Shown: one piece after another, positions 31,174 through 39,093 of the stretch
How positions within the stretch are numbered: the stretch's first letter is position 1
Layout of the letters: every line of letters starts with the position of its first letter
Source: Clostridia bacterium
GTDB lineage: Bacteria > Bacillota > Clostridia > Christensenellales > Borkfalkiaceae
Assembly (NCBI GenBank): GCA_017887095.1
Contig: JAGHIT010000048.1
Location: forward strand, 9,253-73,252
Direction: 5' to 3'
Length of the DNA stretch: 64,000 nucleotides
Position numbers and translations under genes: made by a program
The notes under the pieces: generated by a model
What the model saw: the letters and a program-made list of their open reading frames with translations, nothing else
Told to the model about the DNA's origin: nothing
Database searches by the model: none

Positions 31174-32606
31174 TATGATGCCTTCCCGATGATCGATCTT
31201 ATTACAGCTTTATCCTCATAGTCATATTTTATCCCCATGATTTCCTGATATTTTTCCGCACCTTTGCCGGCAATCAGCAGAATATCTCCGTCCGCAAGCA
31301 TTCCCATCGCATATGCGATCGCCCGTTCACGCTCCTCCAAAACAATATATGCATCGCTCACGGAACGCATCCCCGTTTCAATTTCGGAGATGATCGCGTA
31401 AGGATCCTCAAAGCGGGGATTATCCGAAGTCAGCACACAAAAATCCGCATAGCGTCCTGCCGTTTCCCCCATTTTTGCACGCTTTCCCCTATCTCTGTTC
31501 CCCCCGCATCCAAACAACGCTATGAGCCTTCCCGCACAATGCTCTCTGAGCGCCGAGAGCGACTTTTCCAGTCCGTCAGGCGTATGCGCAAAATCAACAA
31601 ACACATCTCCGCCTTGATAGCGCCCCATCCATTCCAGCCTGCCTTCTACTTTTGTCGCGCCGATCCCTTCCGCAATCGACTGCATATCCACCCCGAACCT
31701 GCGGACGGCACAGGCAGCGGCAAGAGCGTTGGAGAGATTGAACCTCCCCGTCATCGGAATTGTCACTTCGCACAGCTCATCCTGTAAATTGAGAATCGCA
31801 GTACATTCGCGCAGCGTTTCGCTGCGAACGATCGCAAATGCATCCGCAGGCGTCTCAAGACCATATGTAATTTTCCTCACGCCTTTTGCCAATGTCTTGG
31901 AAAACGCATCATCGGAGTTTAAAACTGCATACTTACACTTTCCTCTGCAAAAAAGCGTTCGCTTTGCGGCGCCGTATGTTTCCATGTCTCCGAAAAAGTC
32001 GAGATGATCGCGCGTAAGATTTGTAAATACAGCAACATCATAACATATCGGCGACTCTTTTCTCAAAGCAAGCGCATGCGCCGAGACTTCCATGATCGCG
32101 GCGCTCGTGCCTGCACTGACCATATCTGAGAGCAGCGAAAACAGTCCGATCGGATCGGGCGTCGTAAGCGATGGCGCAATTCTGACAGTGTCGTACGCCG
32201 CCCCTAATGTCCCGATCAGTCCCGTACGATACCCCGCTGCCTGCAGAATATTGCAAATCATTGCCGCCGTGGTCGTTTTACCGTTTGTGCCCGTCACTCC
32301 GATCATTTTCAACTTGCGCTCCGGGTGACAGTAAAATGCAGCAGCGATCCGCGCCATAGCGTCCCGACCGTCTGTAACAATCAGCTGCGCACACATAACC
32401 GGAAGCTCATATTCACAGACAACGGCAGCACATCCACGCGCTTCCGCTTCCGCGGCAAATTCATGTGCGTCGCTGTTCTTTCCGCAGAAACAAAAAAATA
32501 CGTCTCCCTCGCCTGCGACACGGCTGTCGGCAGTCAATCCGCGGATCTCGGCATCTCCTTTCAGTTGACTTCCGGGAATTTCCTTGGCTAGTTCGGAAAG
32601 TTTCAT
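31173..32606 (-). CDS. murE: UDP-N-acetylmuramoyl-L-alanyl-D-glutamate--2,6-diaminopimelate ligase
   Basis: GVTGTNGKTTT is present. The DNPR motif (TSDNPRFEDP) suggests meso-DAP specificity. Confidence 0.92.
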   Translation of the reverse strand: MKLSELAKEIPGSQLKGDAEIRGLTADSRVAGEGDVFFCFCGKNSDAHEFAAEAEARGCAAVVCEYELPVMCAQLIVTDGRDAMARIAAAFYCHPERKLKMIGVTGTNGKTTTAAMICNILQAAGYRTGLIGTLGAAYDTVRIAPSLTTPDPIGLFSLLSDMVSAGTSAAIMEVSAHALALRKESPICYDVAVFTNLTRDHLDFFGDMETYGAAKRTLFCRGKCKYAVLNSDDAFSKTLAKGVRKITYGLETPADAFAIVRSETLRECTAILNLQDELCEVTIPMTGRFNLSNALAAACAVRRFGVDMQSIAEGIGATKVEGRLEWMGRYQGGDVFVDFAHTPDGLEKSLSALREHCAGRLIALFGCGGNRDRGKRAKMGETAGRYADFCVLTSDNPRFEDPYAIISEIETGMRSVSDAYIVLEERERAIAYAMGMLADGDILLIAGKGAEKYQEIMGIKYDYEDKAVIRSIIGKAS

Positions 32607-34328
32607 TTATTCCTCCACCGGCGGGAGATCAAAAATATCAATGATCCCCTCGAAAATCTGTTTGGCGCAGGGCGCCGCTACGGTGCTGCCATAGTACGCC
32701 CCCTGCGGTTCATCCACGATGACAAGCGCGAGGTATCGCGGATCGCTTGCCGGGAAACATCCGACAAAAGATGAAACATACTTTCCCTGCGCGATGCGGC
32801 CATCCTCATACTTCTGCGCCGTACCGGTTTTTCCTGCCACGCGGTACCCTTCGATATAGGCTTTTTTCCCGCTTCCGTCCCGCACAACTCCCTCAAGCAT
32901 GGAAGTAAGCATTTCCGACGCTTCTTCCCCGATCGGCTGTGAAAGCAGGACGGGCGATGTCTGCTCGATGACAGCACCATCCGAATCAACAATCTCTTTG
33001 ACCAGACGAGGCGCGTAATATCTTCCTCCGTTCACTGCGGCGGCGCTTGCGCAGGCAAGTTGCAACGGTGTGACCGCAATCGTTTGACCAAATCCGATAC
33101 GCGCAAAATCGCAATCCCGCAATGTACTTTCGGGCAACAGCATTCCGATCGCCTCACCGGAAAAATCCAATCCCGTTGCCCTGCCGAACTGAAATGCAGC
33201 AAGATAATCGTAAAACGTTTCTTTCCCGAGCGAAAGCGCAATATCCACAAAGCACGGGTTACAACTGTTGTTCAGCGCCTCGGCGAGTGTCTGATTGGAG
33301 TGTTTTCCGTTTGCATGGTCACTCCAACAGCGTATCGTCGTGCCGTCCACCGTACGCGTCCGAGCCGACGAAAAGATACGATTGGGCGCATATGCGGCAG
33401 CATTGCCCTGCAAATATTCTTCAATATCAGCTGCCGCCGTAACAATCTTAAAGGTAGAACCCGGTTCGTAAACATCGCTGACGAGCGCATTGCGTGAGAG
33501 TCGATTGAGCGCGGAGAGATCGTCCCGCGGAATATCGTTGAGGTCGTAGGAGGGCAGATTGACCATGGAAAGCACGGAAAAGTCGGTCACGTCCAGCACG
33601 ATCGCGCGTGCCGCCTTGGCGTTGTATTCCTTGAGCGCCGCCTCCATCACCTGTTCTGAGACCGACTGTATCCGATAATCCAAGGTAAGCGTCAGACTCA
33701 TCCCGTCCGTTGCCGGAATATATGCCGCCGCTGCCCCATCCAGATCGACGCCAACAAGATCTGTTTCAAACAAGATCTCTCCGCGCTCCCCCGCCAAAAA
33801 ATTATTATAATACTGCTCAAGTCCTGTCGAGCCGGAGCCGTCATAGGACGTAAATCCTAACACCTGACATGCAAGCTGACGATAGGGATAAAAACGCACG
33901 TCATCTCTCGCATAGTACACGCCAGCTATCTCCGCGCCTTCGATGCGCTGAACAACCGACTTATCCACCCGTTTCGCAACAACGATCTCCGAATGGCTCT
34001 TGTCTGTCAGCTTCCCAAGAATGTCATCATATGATAGTCCCAATGCCTCAGAAAGAAGAAGCGAACCGCCTTCGGCATCCGTTACTGCATTTGCACGAGC
34101 AAAAATGCTGTATGCCGCCGTATTTCCCGCGAGCAGTTCTCCGTTCGTATCATAGATATTGCCTCTTCCTGCCGAAATGGGAATTTCCCGCGTCCACTGG
34201 TCGAGCGCGCGGGCATTGAGGTCATCCTGCCAGATCACCTGAATATAAAAGAAACGCGCAAGAAAAAGACAAAAAAGAAAGGTTATCGCCACAGTAATGG
34301 CAAATAACCTCTTTCGTAGGACAGACAA
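32607..34328 (-). CDS. Class B penicillin-binding protein (FtsI/SpoVD/PBP2B-type transpeptidase)
   Basis: An N-terminal TM segment, STFK (PGSTFKIV), SxN (SCN) and KTGT motifs are present. The gene follows ftsL in the dcw cluster. Confidence 0.92.
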   Translation of the reverse strand: MSVLRKRLFAITVAITFLFCLFLARFFYIQVIWQDDLNARALDQWTREIPISAGRGNIYDTNGELLAGNTAAYSIFARANAVTDAEGGSLLLSEALGLSYDDILGKLTDKSHSEIVVAKRVDKSVVQRIEGAEIAGVYYARDDVRFYPYRQLACQVLGFTSYDGSGSTGLEQYYNNFLAGERGEILFETDLVGVDLDGAAAAYIPATDGMSLTLTLDYRIQSVSEQVMEAALKEYNAKAARAIVLDVTDFSVLSMVNLPSYDLNDIPRDDLSALNRLSRNALVSDVYEPGSTFKIVTAAADIEEYLQGNAAAYAPNRIFSSARTRTVDGTTIRCWSDHANGKHSNQTLAEALNNSCNPCFVDIALSLGKETFYDYLAAFQFGRATGLDFSGEAIGMLLPESTLRDCDFARIGFGQTIAVTPLQLACASAAAVNGGRYYAPRLVKEIVDSDGAVIEQTSPVLLSQPIGEEASEMLTSMLEGVVRDGSGKKAYIEGYRVAGKTGTAQKYEDGRIAQGKYVSSFVGCFPASDPRYLALVIVDEPQGAYYGSTVAAPCAKQIFEGIIDIFDLPPVEE

Positions 34329-34367
34329 TGAATAGTCCCGATACTTGATTTTAGTCCCTCCCGGCGG

Positions 34368-35252
34368 TCAGTTCCCCCTGACCATACCGTGTTCCGCAGC
34401 CCAGTTGTCGATATACTCGTCTGACATGAGATAATCGATCTCCTCCTGCATCTGCGAATACGTTTGCTGTAAATTTTGCAATTCCGCCTCCTTGACGGAT
34501 ATCTCTGCATTCGCTGCATTCAGAATACCCGTGTTGACGCAGATGAGCACAATGGCAAGAACGATCGCTGCTGCTATCGCACAAACGGCAACCTTTGCCC
34601 GCGTCGAAAGCATTGCAAGAAAACCCGTATCCGACTTCGATGCCGGATCCGCATGTACCGCCGCACGGCGCAAAGTATCCATCGTCCGCCGTGTGGGCAG
34701 CGCATCCTCCTCCGCGGGGACATATGCGGGAGCAGCAGGCGCGGCAGGCATATAAACAGGCGCAGCCGAAGGAGCAGCACGCCGCACAGGCGCCGGAGCG
34801 GCAACCGTTGCAGCCGCCCGAGGCTTTTCAACGATCTCGTAATCTTTATAGGTGATATCGTCAAACAATACGCGCTTTCCGGTCTTTGCCGGTTCATACG
34901 CGACATAATCCGCAAGCCTACGCGCAGTGTTAGATGAATAATCCTGCGCAGGAGTAACAGGCTCGGAGACATGCGCGGGTCTGATCGGCTGGGGAGCAGG
35001 CTGATAGGCAGGCCGAACCTGCGGCGCGGGAGCTGCAGTACGCTCCAACGTCGCCGCCGAAGCAGCATTCCCGTGCAATGCAGGATAGGACGGATGCGTA
35101 TAATGATCGGTTACCTTCTGCGCATCCTCCTCGTCAAACAACAGCTTACGGTAATTTTCGGGAATATTTTTGGCATGTTCCCGCTCTTCCTGCGTGACTC
35201 GGCGCTCTTCGCGGCGGGTGACGTTTTCGTCTGATATTACAGCGTATGCCAT
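34368..35252 (-). CDS. ftsL: FtsL/DivIC-like cell division protein with long Pro/Ala-rich cytoplasmic N-terminal region
   Basis: It occupies the rsmH-ftsL-pbp position. A single TM segment (VAVCAIAAAIVLAIVLICV) is followed by a short coiled-coil. The N-terminal ~190 aa are low-complexity. Confidence 0.7.
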   Translation of the reverse strand: MAYAVISDENVTRREERRVTQEEREHAKNIPENYRKLLFDEEDAQKVTDHYTHPSYPALHGNAASAATLERTAAPAPQVRPAYQPAPQPIRPAHVSEPVTPAQDYSSNTARRLADYVAYEPAKTGKRVLFDDITYKDYEIVEKPRAAATVAAPAPVRRAAPSAAPVYMPAAPAAPAYVPAEEDALPTRRTMDTLRRAAVHADPASKSDTGFLAMLSTRAKVAVCAIAAAIVLAIVLICVNTGILNAANAEISVKEAELQNLQQTYSQMQEEIDYLMSDEYIDNWAAEHGMVRGN

Positions 35253-35291
35253 TGTCTTGCTCCTTACAATTTTATTCGACTCTTTGCCCGT

Positions 35292-36224
35292 TCATTCGAC
35301 TTTTCGAACAATTCTGAGTTTTGCGCTTTTGCTGCGCGAGTTTTCCTTCCGTTCCTCTTCGCTTGCAGTGAGCGGCTTATTGCCGACCAAAACAACTTCC
35401 TGCTTCTTACCGCAGACACAGACGGGGAAAGTCTTCGGACAGACGCAGCCCTGGCTCATTGAACGGAAAACATTCTTGACGATCCTGTCTTCAAGCGAAT
35501 GAAAGGTAAGGATACACCCTCGTCCGCCCGATTTTAAACGTCTTGTCAGCGCCTGAATACACTCCGCAAGTCCGTTCAGTTCCCCGTTAACTTCAATTCG
35601 GATCGCCTGAAACGTTTTGCGGGCACAGGCACTGAAACGGTATTTTGCAGGAACGCTTGCCTCTATGATCGTCCGAAGCTCCCCGCAAGTCGTAATTCTT
35701 CCCTGCTGCCTCTTCATAATGATCCGCCGCACGATTGAGGTAGCAAAGGTTTCTTCTCCGTAGTCTCTGAGGATGCGAAGGAGTGCATCCTCAGAATACT
35801 CGTTCACGACGACTTCCGCCGTCAGAGACGCTCTGTTATCCATACGCATATCGAGCGGAGCGTCGTCGCTCATATATGCGAAGCCGCGGGAACTTGTATC
35901 TATCTGGTGCGATGATATGCCCAGGTCAAGCAAATACCCATCAATTTGCCCGACACCCGCGTCGGAAAAAACTTCTTCAAAGTTTTTAAAATCAGTCCGA
36001 TACAACTTGAATCTTCCCGCATAAGGGGAAAGCCTTTCGGTGACTTCACGAATCGCATCCTCGTCTTTATCCGTCGCTACAAGCCGCACCGTCGGATCGG
36101 ATGCAAGAATCGCGAAGGAATGCCCGCCTCCGCCGGCAGTACCGTCAAAGTAGATTCCGCCCGGCCGGATGTTCAGACCTGCCAATACTTCCTCCACCAT
36201 GATCGGACGATGATATTCGCTCAT
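35292..36224 (-). CDS. rsmH: 16S rRNA (cytosine1402-N4)-methyltransferase
   Basis: HRPIMVEEVL, DGTAGGGGHS and LDLGISSHQ are present. Confidence 0.96.
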   Translation of the reverse strand: MSEYHRPIMVEEVLAGLNIRPGGIYFDGTAGGGGHSFAILASDPTVRLVATDKDEDAIREVTERLSPYAGRFKLYRTDFKNFEEVFSDAGVGQIDGYLLDLGISSHQIDTSSRGFAYMSDDAPLDMRMDNRASLTAEVVVNEYSEDALLRILRDYGEETFATSIVRRIIMKRQQGRITTCGELRTIIEASVPAKYRFSACARKTFQAIRIEVNGELNGLAECIQALTRRLKSGGRGCILTFHSLEDRIVKNVFRSMSQGCVCPKTFPVCVCGKKQEVVLVGNKPLTASEEERKENSRSKSAKLRIVRKVE

Positions 36225-36225
36225 C

Positions 36226-36684
36226 TCACTGCTCCGCTTTTTTCTTATATGCCAGCGTATTTGCCTGCTGGATGGACATTCCGCTCATCTGCTCCTCAAA
36301 TTTTTCCAGGGACCAGATTTCAACATAATTTCCCATGCCGACGGTCACGACATCTTTGGAAAGTTTCGCATAATCGCGGAAAGACTTCGGGATCTGAGTC
36401 CTTCCCTGACCGTCTTCGGTTGCCTCGTCGATCGAGCTGAGGATCCTGCGCTTTGCGATCATCATTTCGGGATCTCCCGGATTGACCTCATCAAAAGAAG
36501 CAAGCTTTGTGCTGAGCACCGATTCCGGCATCACCGTAATGCAATCCGGCGCATATTCGACGAAGTAGAGTTTCTCCCGATCCGGGAACGCGCTCTTGTA
36601 CTTCGCGGGAATTCTTATTCTGTTTTTTGCATCCATTTGATGGACAACTTTCCCGCTCAGCAATGTGGTTTCCGTCCCGATCAT
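36226..36684 (-). CDS. mraZ: Division/cell wall cluster transcriptional regulator MraZ
   Basis: Two DxxxR repeats are present (MDAKNRIRIP and EDGQGRTQIP), and this is the first gene of the dcw cluster. Confidence 0.93.
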   Translation of the reverse strand: MIGTETTLLSGKVVHQMDAKNRIRIPAKYKSAFPDREKLYFVEYAPDCITVMPESVLSTKLASFDEVNPGDPEMMIAKRRILSSIDEATEDGQGRTQIPKSFRDYAKLSKDVVTVGMGNYVEIWSLEKFEEQMSGMSIQQANTLAYKKKAEQ

Positions 36685-36710
36685 CTTAGATTTCTCGTAC
36701 TACGTTTTTT

Positions 36711-36739
36711 ATTATACCACCACCTGCGTCTACTGTCAA
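36711..36739 (-). promoter_or_regulatory. Pmra: consensus TTGACA-17-TATAAT promoter of the dcw cluster
   Basis: The minus strand reads TTGACAgtagacgcaggtggtggTATAAT, 27 nt upstream of the mraZ ATG. Confidence 0.75.
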
Positions 36740-36763
36740 CCACCTTCGACCACTTTTTTCCAC
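36740..36763 (-). promoter_or_regulatory. Three phased GTGG boxes (candidate MraZ operator)
   Basis: The minus strand reads aGTGGaaaaaaGTGGtcgaagGTGGTTGACA. The CCAC complements at 36740, 36750 and 36760 are exactly 10 bp apart and abut the -35 element. Confidence 0.7.
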
Positions 36764-36784
36764 TCATGCCCCAAATTTTTTAAT

Positions 36785-37576
36785 CTAAAGTAAAACAAAT
36801 GTTTGAAAAAAAATCTTTTGATTGATGTTTTTGCCCTCTCCAAGAAAAAAAACCCTCTCTTTTGCCCATTCATTGCACTTTTTTGTCAAACAATTGTTCG
36901 TTTTTTGGGGAGAAAAAAAGTGGTCACTCATCCCAATCGGTTCCCGCATCACTTGGCGCAAAAGCACTTCGGCAAGGCGTTCCGTCGTTCCTTGCACCCC
37001 GTCAAAGACGGGGCAATGGTAATATTCGGAAATTTGACTGCGAAAATAAACGTAATGCGTACAACCTAGCACCACACCGTCGGGCGTGTAATCCGGAAGG
37101 TGGTCAGAAAGGGTCAACGGAGTTCCGCACTGAAAATGACGCTCGATCGCACCGGCAAGCGAAGGCACGGCATACAGCCGGAAATGACTTTGCGGGGAAT
37201 TTGAGACAAGTCTATGCAAACGGATGCTGGAAATCGTATGCGGCGTAGCGAGCACCAAAACATTGCGGCAGACGGCTGCAGCCGGACGTACCGCAGGCTC
37301 CATTCCGACCACAGGAAACGGAACAGCTGCGCGTATTCGCTCGGCGCAGACGGCCGTTGCAGTGTTACAGGCAAGCACAACGGCGTCTGCATTCACTCTT
37401 TCAAATGCATTCATTGCCCTGCCGACAAAACGGAAGATGTCTTTTTCCGGACGGGAACCGTAGGGTGCGTGCGCATTGTCTCCATAATAAAAAAACGTAC
37501 ACTGCGGCAGAAGTTTCATGCATGCCGCAAGCACATTCAATCCGCCGATTCCGCTGTCAAATACACCGACCCGCAT
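36785..37576 (-). CDS. murI: Glutamate racemase
   Basis: VFDSGIGGLNVL, LACNTAT and LGCTHY are the catalytic Cys motifs. The start is the ATG at 37576. The C-terminal ~45 aa are low-complexity and the stop may be a read-through tail. Confidence 0.88.
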   Translation of the reverse strand: MRVGVFDSGIGGLNVLAACMKLLPQCTFFYYGDNAHAPYGSRPEKDIFRFVGRAMNAFERVNADAVVLACNTATAVCAERIRAAVPFPVVGMEPAVRPAAAVCRNVLVLATPHTISSIRLHRLVSNSPQSHFRLYAVPSLAGAIERHFQCGTPLTLSDHLPDYTPDGVVLGCTHYVYFRSQISEYYHCPVFDGVQGTTERLAEVLLRQVMREPIGMSDHFFSPQKTNNCLTKKCNEWAKERVFFLGEGKNINQKIFFQTFVLL

Positions 37577-37641
37577 GCCTCTGCAAGACACAGGAAATGA
37601 AACTTTTTGAAAAATTTTATCCCGTCCCCCATAAAAAATAG

Positions 37642-37670
37642 TTTACAATCAATGTATTTTATGCTAAAAT
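37642..37670 (+). promoter_or_regulatory. Promoter TTTACA-17-TAAAAT with TGc extended -10, upstream of rpsT
   Basis: The hexamers lie at 37642..37647 and 37665..37670. Confidence 0.6.
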
Positions 37671-37713
37671 AACGAAGGTTATCAAGATTAAAACCATGGA
37701 AGGAGTAAATATC

Positions 37714-37977
37714 GTGCCCAACATTAAATCTGCGAAAAAGCGCGTGCTGGTTACTGAAAAGAAGACGAAAGAGAACAAGATGATCAAGTCCGCGCTGAAG
37801 ACGAGTATCAAGAAGTTCCTTGCGGCTGTCGACGCCGGCGACAAAGAAGCGGCTAACGCGCTGTATCCCGAAACCGTTTCGGCGATTGATTCCGCAGCAA
37901 GCAAGGGCATTCTTCACAAGAACAACGCTGCAAACAAGAAAGCTAAGCTTGCAAAAAAGCTTGCTTCAATTGCATAA
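37714..37977 (+). CDS. rpsT: 30S ribosomal protein S20
   Basis: [21 protein letters not shown] is present. A GTG start at 37714 lies 8 nt after GGAAGGAG, and the track ATG at 37696 overlaps that RBS. Confidence 0.92.
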   Translation: MPNIKSAKKRVLVTEKKTKENKMIKSALKTSIKKFLAAVDAGDKEAANALYPETVSAIDSAASKGILHKNNAANKKAKLAKKLASIA

Positions 37978-37994
37978 CTATACCGAGCAGATTA

Positions 37995-38021
37995 GCGCCT
38001 GTCAGTGACGGGTGCTTTTTT
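37995..38021 (+). terminator. Intrinsic terminator after rpsT
   Basis: The hairpin is GCGCCTG-tcagtga-CGGGTGC (two wobble pairs), followed by TTTTTT. Confidence 0.6.
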
Positions 38022-38297
38022 CATATTTTCTCTCTATCGTCCACTACCGGAACTCAACCGACAAAGCCTGAATTTTTCATGAGCAGATTGAGCCTTCTTT
38101 GAGCGTGTATTCGAGAGCAATACCCCTTTTCTCGCCGAACTGCATGAAAACGTTTAACGATTATCTATATGCAGAATCTTCCCGCCGAATGCACGCAAAA
38201 AATCCCCCTTTTCCTTCAGTGGTTCCGTAAAAATTCCGCAACATAAATCGAATCAAGCCCCCTGAAACAAAATAGCATCTTCCCTTTTCAAACGACT

Positions 38298-38341
38298 AAA
38301 AAAACCGTCCTTCCCGGTTGGTACGGGAAGGACGGTTTTTC
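38298..38341 (+). terminator. Strong orphan hairpin terminator (perfect 13-bp stem, A-tract/T-tract flanks)
   Basis: The sequence is AAAAAAACCGTCCTTCCCG-gttggta-CGGGAAGGACGGTTTTT. Confidence 0.8.
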
Positions 38342-38393
38342 TTGTATTTCCGATTCCTTTTTCGACAAATTTTTAAAAAGATCGCCCAAACAT

Positions 38394-38422
38394 TTGACTT
38401 TCCGCCCGAGTTGTATTATCAT
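38394..38422 (+). promoter_or_regulatory. Promoter TTGACT-17-TATCAT for the HTH-cupin/potABCD operon
   Basis: The hexamers lie at 38394..38399 and 38417..38422, giving a ~105-nt leader. Confidence 0.6.
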
Positions 38423-38458
38423 ACCCGTCGTTATATGTTTATTTTTATTAAACTTTTC

Positions 38459-38485
38459 GTTTAATTTTACGAAAGTTGCGTATAA
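38459..38485 (+). promoter_or_regulatory. Imperfect inverted repeat AACTTTTCGT-N8-ACGAAAGTT in the pot leader (candidate operator)
   Basis: Read directly from the sequence. It lies between the promoter and the regulator ATG. Confidence 0.4.
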
Positions 38486-38531
38486 GTTTACCGAGAGTTT
38501 AGTACAGCAAAACTTCAACAAGAGGAAAGGC

Positions 38532-39065
38532 ATGCAGTTAGGAAAAAAAATCAGAGAATTACGCCAGCAGTACAACCTGACGCAGGGCGAGCTCGCCGAC
38601 AGATGCGAGCTCACCAAGGGATATATATCCCAACTGGAAAATGATCTTACCAGTCCGTCGATCGCAACACTGACAGATATTCTTAACGCGCTCGGCAGCA
38701 ATCTGTCTGACTTTTTTCGGGACGCACCGGAGGAAAAAATCGTATATTCACAGGAAGAATATATCGAAAAACAGACGGAAGGCATGATCTGGAACTGGCT
38801 TATCCCGAATGCGCAGAAAAATATGATGGAGCCGGTGCTCGTTGAGTTGCAGCCGGGAGCCTTTGCTCCTGACGATTATCCGCATGAGGGCGAGGAATTC
38901 GGCTTTGTGCTGGAAGGGCGCATCGCAATTCTTGTCGGCGGAAAATCATACGTTGCCAAAAAGGGCGAAAGTTTTTACTATACGGCAAATCGGGAACATC
39001 ATATCGTCAACAAAGGAAAGGGACGCGCAAAATTCCTTTGGATCTCCACTCCCCCTAACTTTTGA
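38532..39065 (+). CDS. XRE-HTH plus cupin domain transcriptional regulator (PuuR-like)
   Basis: The N-terminal HTH is [31 protein letters not shown], and the C-terminal cupin is [18 protein letters not shown]...[10 protein letters not shown]. The start is the ATG at 38532 after AGAGGAAAGG. Confidence 0.88.
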   Translation: MQLGKKIRELRQQYNLTQGELADRCELTKGYISQLENDLTSPSIATLTDILNALGSNLSDFFRDAPEEKIVYSQEEYIEKQTEGMIWNWLIPNAQKNMMEPVLVELQPGAFAPDDYPHEGEEFGFVLEGRIAILVGGKSYVAKKGESFYYTANREHHIVNKGKGRAKFLWISTPPNF

Positions 39066-39093
39066 GAAAACATCCGAAATTCAGGAGAACAAC

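Noticed and set aside
36785-36930. The AT-rich, homopolymer-laden 3' tail of murI, considered as a possible separate element or terminator.
   Set aside because: It contains only a loop-less palindrome (AACAATTGTT) and A/T runs. No hairpin plus T-tract is present, and the reading frame stays open to 36785. It is treated as a low-complexity C-terminal tail with lowered confidence.
38022-38297. Possibility that the orphan segment after rpsT encodes SRP RNA or 6S RNA, given its size.
   Set aside because: I found no GGAAGCAGCC-type SRP domain IV motif and no long end-to-end pairing typical of 6S RNA when comparing the 5' and 3' ends by eye. The segment is kept only as an unspecified candidate in the findings.
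38288-38785. A 165-aa minus-strand ORF across the pot leader, and long N-terminal extensions of the track ORFs at 38394..39065 and 38842..40602.
   Set aside because: The minus-strand ORF runs through a promoter and terminator and is antisense to the HTH-cupin gene. The plus-strand extensions lack an RBS, whereas the internal ATGs (38532 and 39094) have an SD and give canonical N-termini.
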